DNA of 26,289 nucleotides from an uncultured Rhizobium sp. (GTDB taxonomy: Bacteria; Pseudomonadota; Alphaproteobacteria; Caulobacterales; Hyphomonadaceae): contig CAZTMG010000011.1 in assembly GCA_964614815.1 (NCBI GenBank), forward strand, positions 1 through 26,289. Reading direction: 5' to 3'. A program made the translations under genes and the position numbers. This document shows positions 23,897 to 26,289 of the stretch, one piece after another (the stretch's first letter is position 1; the number at the start of each line of letters is the position of its first letter). The notes under the pieces were generated by a model, which was not told the DNA's origin, did no database searches, and saw only the letters and a program-made list of their open reading frames with translations.

Positions 23897-24627
23897 TCTG
23901 GCTTGGTCTCTTCGCCTTTGTTGTCGTCGCTGGCGGAACATGGCTGGCGGCAAAGTCCATACGCGGCCGCGCTGTCGTTCTGGGGCTGGGGGCCGCGAGC
24001 GTCGCGGCCTACTGGTTCATTGGCCATCCCGGCATGGCGGATCAGCCGCTGGACGCGCGGATGGAGGCGATAGACGCCCAGATCAAGGACAATCCCGAGA
24101 GCCTGACCGAGCAGCAGATCATTGCGGTTTCCGAGCGGCAGGCGCGACGCGCGCCAAAGGATCCGACGCCGCATCTCATGATCGCGCGGATGCATGAATC
24201 GCTGGCCAGGAAGGCGCAGGCCGAGGGCATGCGACTGATGCAAGAGGGCAATGAGCGGGCCGCGGCGGAGAAGGCGTCGGCCATGCAGGCCGCGCTCATG
24301 CACGCCGAGGAAGCGTATGGCGAGGCGCTTCGGCGGGCGCCCGACGACCCCGGAATCGCGGCGGAGCTGGCAGACTTGCGATTCAAGACGACCGGCGAGG
24401 TCGACGAAATGACCACGCGTCTCTACCAGACGGCATTTGCCGCCAAGCCGGATCAATTCCGACTTGGCTATCTGGCCGGGATCGGGCTCTGGCTGCAGGG
24501 CAAGAAGAAGGAGGCGGAGGCGCTTTGGGCCGGGATCGACAGTCGGGCGCCGAAGGATGGGCCAGAGCGGCAGATGTTTGCTGCGCTGCGTCAGATGTTC
24601 GGTGTCGACCAGCCGTCGCCTCCCTGA
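23893..24627 (+). CDS. ccmI: c-type cytochrome biogenesis protein CcmI/CycH-like (TPR), 244 aa
   Basis: Two N-terminal TMs, YW.IG.PGMADQPL.AR motif, TPR-like helices; directly upstream of ccmE-ccmF. Confidence 0.75.
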   Translation: MIWLGLFAFVVVAGGTWLAAKSIRGRAVVLGLGAASVAAYWFIGHPGMADQPLDARMEAIDAQIKDNPESLTEQQIIAVSERQARRAPKDPTPHLMIARMHESLARKAQAEGMRLMQEGNERAAAEKASAMQAALMHAEEAYGEALRRAPDDPGIAAELADLRFKTTGEVDEMTTRLYQTAFAAKPDQFRLGYLAGIGLWLQGKKKEAEALWAGIDSRAPKDGPERQMFAALRQMFGVDQPSPP

Positions 24628-24741
24628 TTTCCCCCGAAGATTTGACCAGATTTTGCGCCATCGTGTCGCTGGCGCGAGACGGCGGGGTTCATATAGTCTT
24701 CCAACCCGACGGGGCGGGCCGGATAAGGAGACGTCTGACCC

Positions 24742-25215
24742 ATGCGCAAGCGTTCACAGAGGCTCTGGCTGATTGGCGCCGCGGGCGTGCTCGTGGCCGG
24801 CGCAGTTGCGCTGGCGGTGATCGGCCTGCAGGGGGCGGTCGCCTTCTTCCAGTCGCCTTCCGATATCGCCGCGAAGGGCGTGTCCAGTTTTCACCAGAGC
24901 GTGCGCGTTGGGGGACTGATCGAGGTTGGCAGCCAGAAGCATGAGGAAGGCGGCAAGCTCCTGACCTTTACCATCACGGATGGCAAGCACACCGTGCCCG
25001 TGGTGTTCGAAGGCATCCCGCCGGACATGGTCAAGGAAGGGAAGGGCGTGGTGGCCGAGGGCAAGTTCGATGCGTCGGGCACGCTGGTCGCTTCGCGCGT
25101 GCTGGCGAAGCATGACGAGAACTACATGCCCAAGGAGGCGTATGACGCGCTGAAGCGTGCGTCTGAAGCCCCGGGCGGACCCGATTACGGCTATGGCAAA
25201 GAGCCGTCCACTTGA
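24742..25215 (+). CDS. ccmE: Heme chaperone CcmE, 157 aa
   Basis: N-terminal anchor, VRVGGLI..GS, G.PPD...EG.GVVAEG, heme-binding LAKHDENYMP. Confidence 0.97.
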   Translation: MRKRSQRLWLIGAAGVLVAGAVALAVIGLQGAVAFFQSPSDIAAKGVSSFHQSVRVGGLIEVGSQKHEEGGKLLTFTITDGKHTVPVVFEGIPPDMVKEGKGVVAEGKFDASGTLVASRVLAKHDENYMPKEAYDALKRASEAPGGPDYGYGKEPST

Positions 25216-26289
25216 TCGCTGAACTCGGCCACCTGCTTGCGTTTCTCGCGCTGGCGGCGGCGTGCGGTCAGGCCGTGCTCGGCCTGACGTCCGGCGGAGA
25301 GACGCCTCGCAGGCTTGCGGTGGCCGGCGGGATTTTCTCGATGCTGGCGATGGTTGCGCTGATCGTCTGCTTCGTGCGTCTGGATTTCTCTGTCGCCCTG
25401 GTCGCCGAGAATTCGCATACGCTGAAACCCCTGATCTATCGCATTGCGGGCGCATGGGGAAACCATGAAGGCTCCATGCTGCTGTGGTGCATGGTGATGG
25501 CCGGCTATGGCGCCGTCGCGGCGCTGACGATGGCGAATGACCGGCTTCGTGACCGCTCGCTCGGCGTGCAAGGCCTGCTGACGGCCGGATCGCTGGCCTA
25601 TCTGCTGTTTGTCTCAAGCCCGTTCACGCGTCTCGCCGACCCGCCCTTCGACGGCGGCGGGATGAATCCATTGCTGCAGGACCCGGCTGTGGCCTTGCAT
25701 CCGCCGTTCCTTTACCTCGGCTATGTCGGCATGTCGTTCGTGTTCTCGATAGCGGCCGCCGGGCTGATCAACGGACAGATCGATCGCGAATGGGCGCGAC
25801 GCGTGCGGCCATGGGCGCTGTTCGCGTGGAGCGCGCTCACAATCGGCATCGCGCTGGGCGCCATCTGGGCCTACTACGAACTCGGCTGGGGCGGGTGGTG
25901 GTTCTGGGACCCTGTCGAGAACGCCTCGTTCATGCCGTGGCTTGTGGGCGCTGCGCTGGTCCATTCGCTCATCGTGACAGAGAAGCGGGGCGGAATGGCG
26001 TCATGGACGGTGTTCCTGGCCGTGCTGACATTCGTGCTGGCGCTGCTTGGGACATTCCTTGTGCGATCCGGCGTGATGACGTCCGTGCATGCGTTCGCGA
26101 CGGATCCGACGCGCGGTCTGGTGCTGCTGTCGGGGTTGGGAGTCATGGGCGCAGCGGCGCTGGCGCTGTTCGCATGGCGCGCGCCGCTGCTCAAGCCGGG
26201 GCCGGAGTTCGATCCGGTGAGCCGCGAAGGCGCGATGGTCCTGAACAACCTGTTCCGGTCGGTGGCGGCTGCGCTGGTGCGGGTCGGCC
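25212..26289 (+). CDS. ccmF: Heme lyase subunit CcmF (3' end outside window)
   Basis: TTG start overlapping the ccmE stop. MIAELGH, WGNHEGSMLLW, NPLLQDP...HPPFLYLGY, WAYYELGWGGWWFWDPVENASFMPW, RSGV.TSVHAF; frame open to the window end. Confidence 0.97.
   Translation, partial: MIAELGHLLAFLALAAACGQAVLGLTSGGETPRRLAVAGGIFSMLAMVALIVCFVRLDFSVALVAENSHTLKPLIYRIAGAWGNHEGSMLLWCMVMAGYGAVAALTMANDRLRDRSLGVQGLLTAGSLAYLLFVSSPFTRLADPPFDGGGMNPLLQDPAVALHPPFLYLGYVGMSFVFSIAAAGLINGQIDREWARRVRPWALFAWSALTIGIALGAIWAYYELGWGGWWFWDPVENASFMPWLVGAALVHSLIVTEKRGGMASWTVFLAVLTFVLALLGTFLVRSGVMTSVHAFATDPTRGLVLLSGLGVMGAAALALFAWRAPLLKPGPEFDPVSREGAMVLNNLFRSVAAALVRVG

Noticed and set aside
26256-26282. Two Arg codons (CGG) in a CcmF TM segment where Leu (CTG) is expected
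   Set aside because: Both are single T-to-G changes in the last 35 bp, so they may be low-quality end-of-sequence calls; not interpreted without raw reads.
1-26289. CRISPR array, rRNA, tRNA, IS element
   Set aside because: No regularly spaced repeats, structural RNA signatures or transposase motifs seen.

Overview
GC-rich alphaproteobacterial DNA, probably Caulobacterales/Hyphomonadaceae-like (inferred from gene style and synteny). Bases 295-20374 hold an RcGTA-like (gene transfer agent) head-tail cluster: portal, g3.5, prohead protease, major capsid, adaptor, tail terminator, tail tube, a very short tape measure, distal tail, hub, NlpC/P60 peptidase and megatron. All reading frames are open, and I recognise no integrase or replication genes. 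The cluster is unusual in three ways. (i) It is split into five modules by about 9.7 kb of non-GTA DNA, much of it antisense, with intrinsic terminators inside. (ii) The stopper (g7) and tail-chaperone (g10/g10.1) genes are missing with no gap left, and the tape measure is only 101 aa. (iii) The inserts include a holin-like gene directly behind a terminator, an antisense cassette (solo DUF262, a 33-aa membrane peptide, a GcrA-like HTH), tandem NTF2/YybH genes, an SDR, a YbaL-type Kef antiporter, and an ArsR repressor with four tandem SRPBCC genes whose promoter/operator lies back-to-back with the tail module. The right end is host housekeeping DNA: a class II DnaJ protein, a PepSY-like protein, an OmpR/sensor kinase pair (feuNPQ-like) and ccmI-ccmE-ccmF, with ccmF cut by the window edge. 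All family assignments come from motif recognition by eye; no database search was run.
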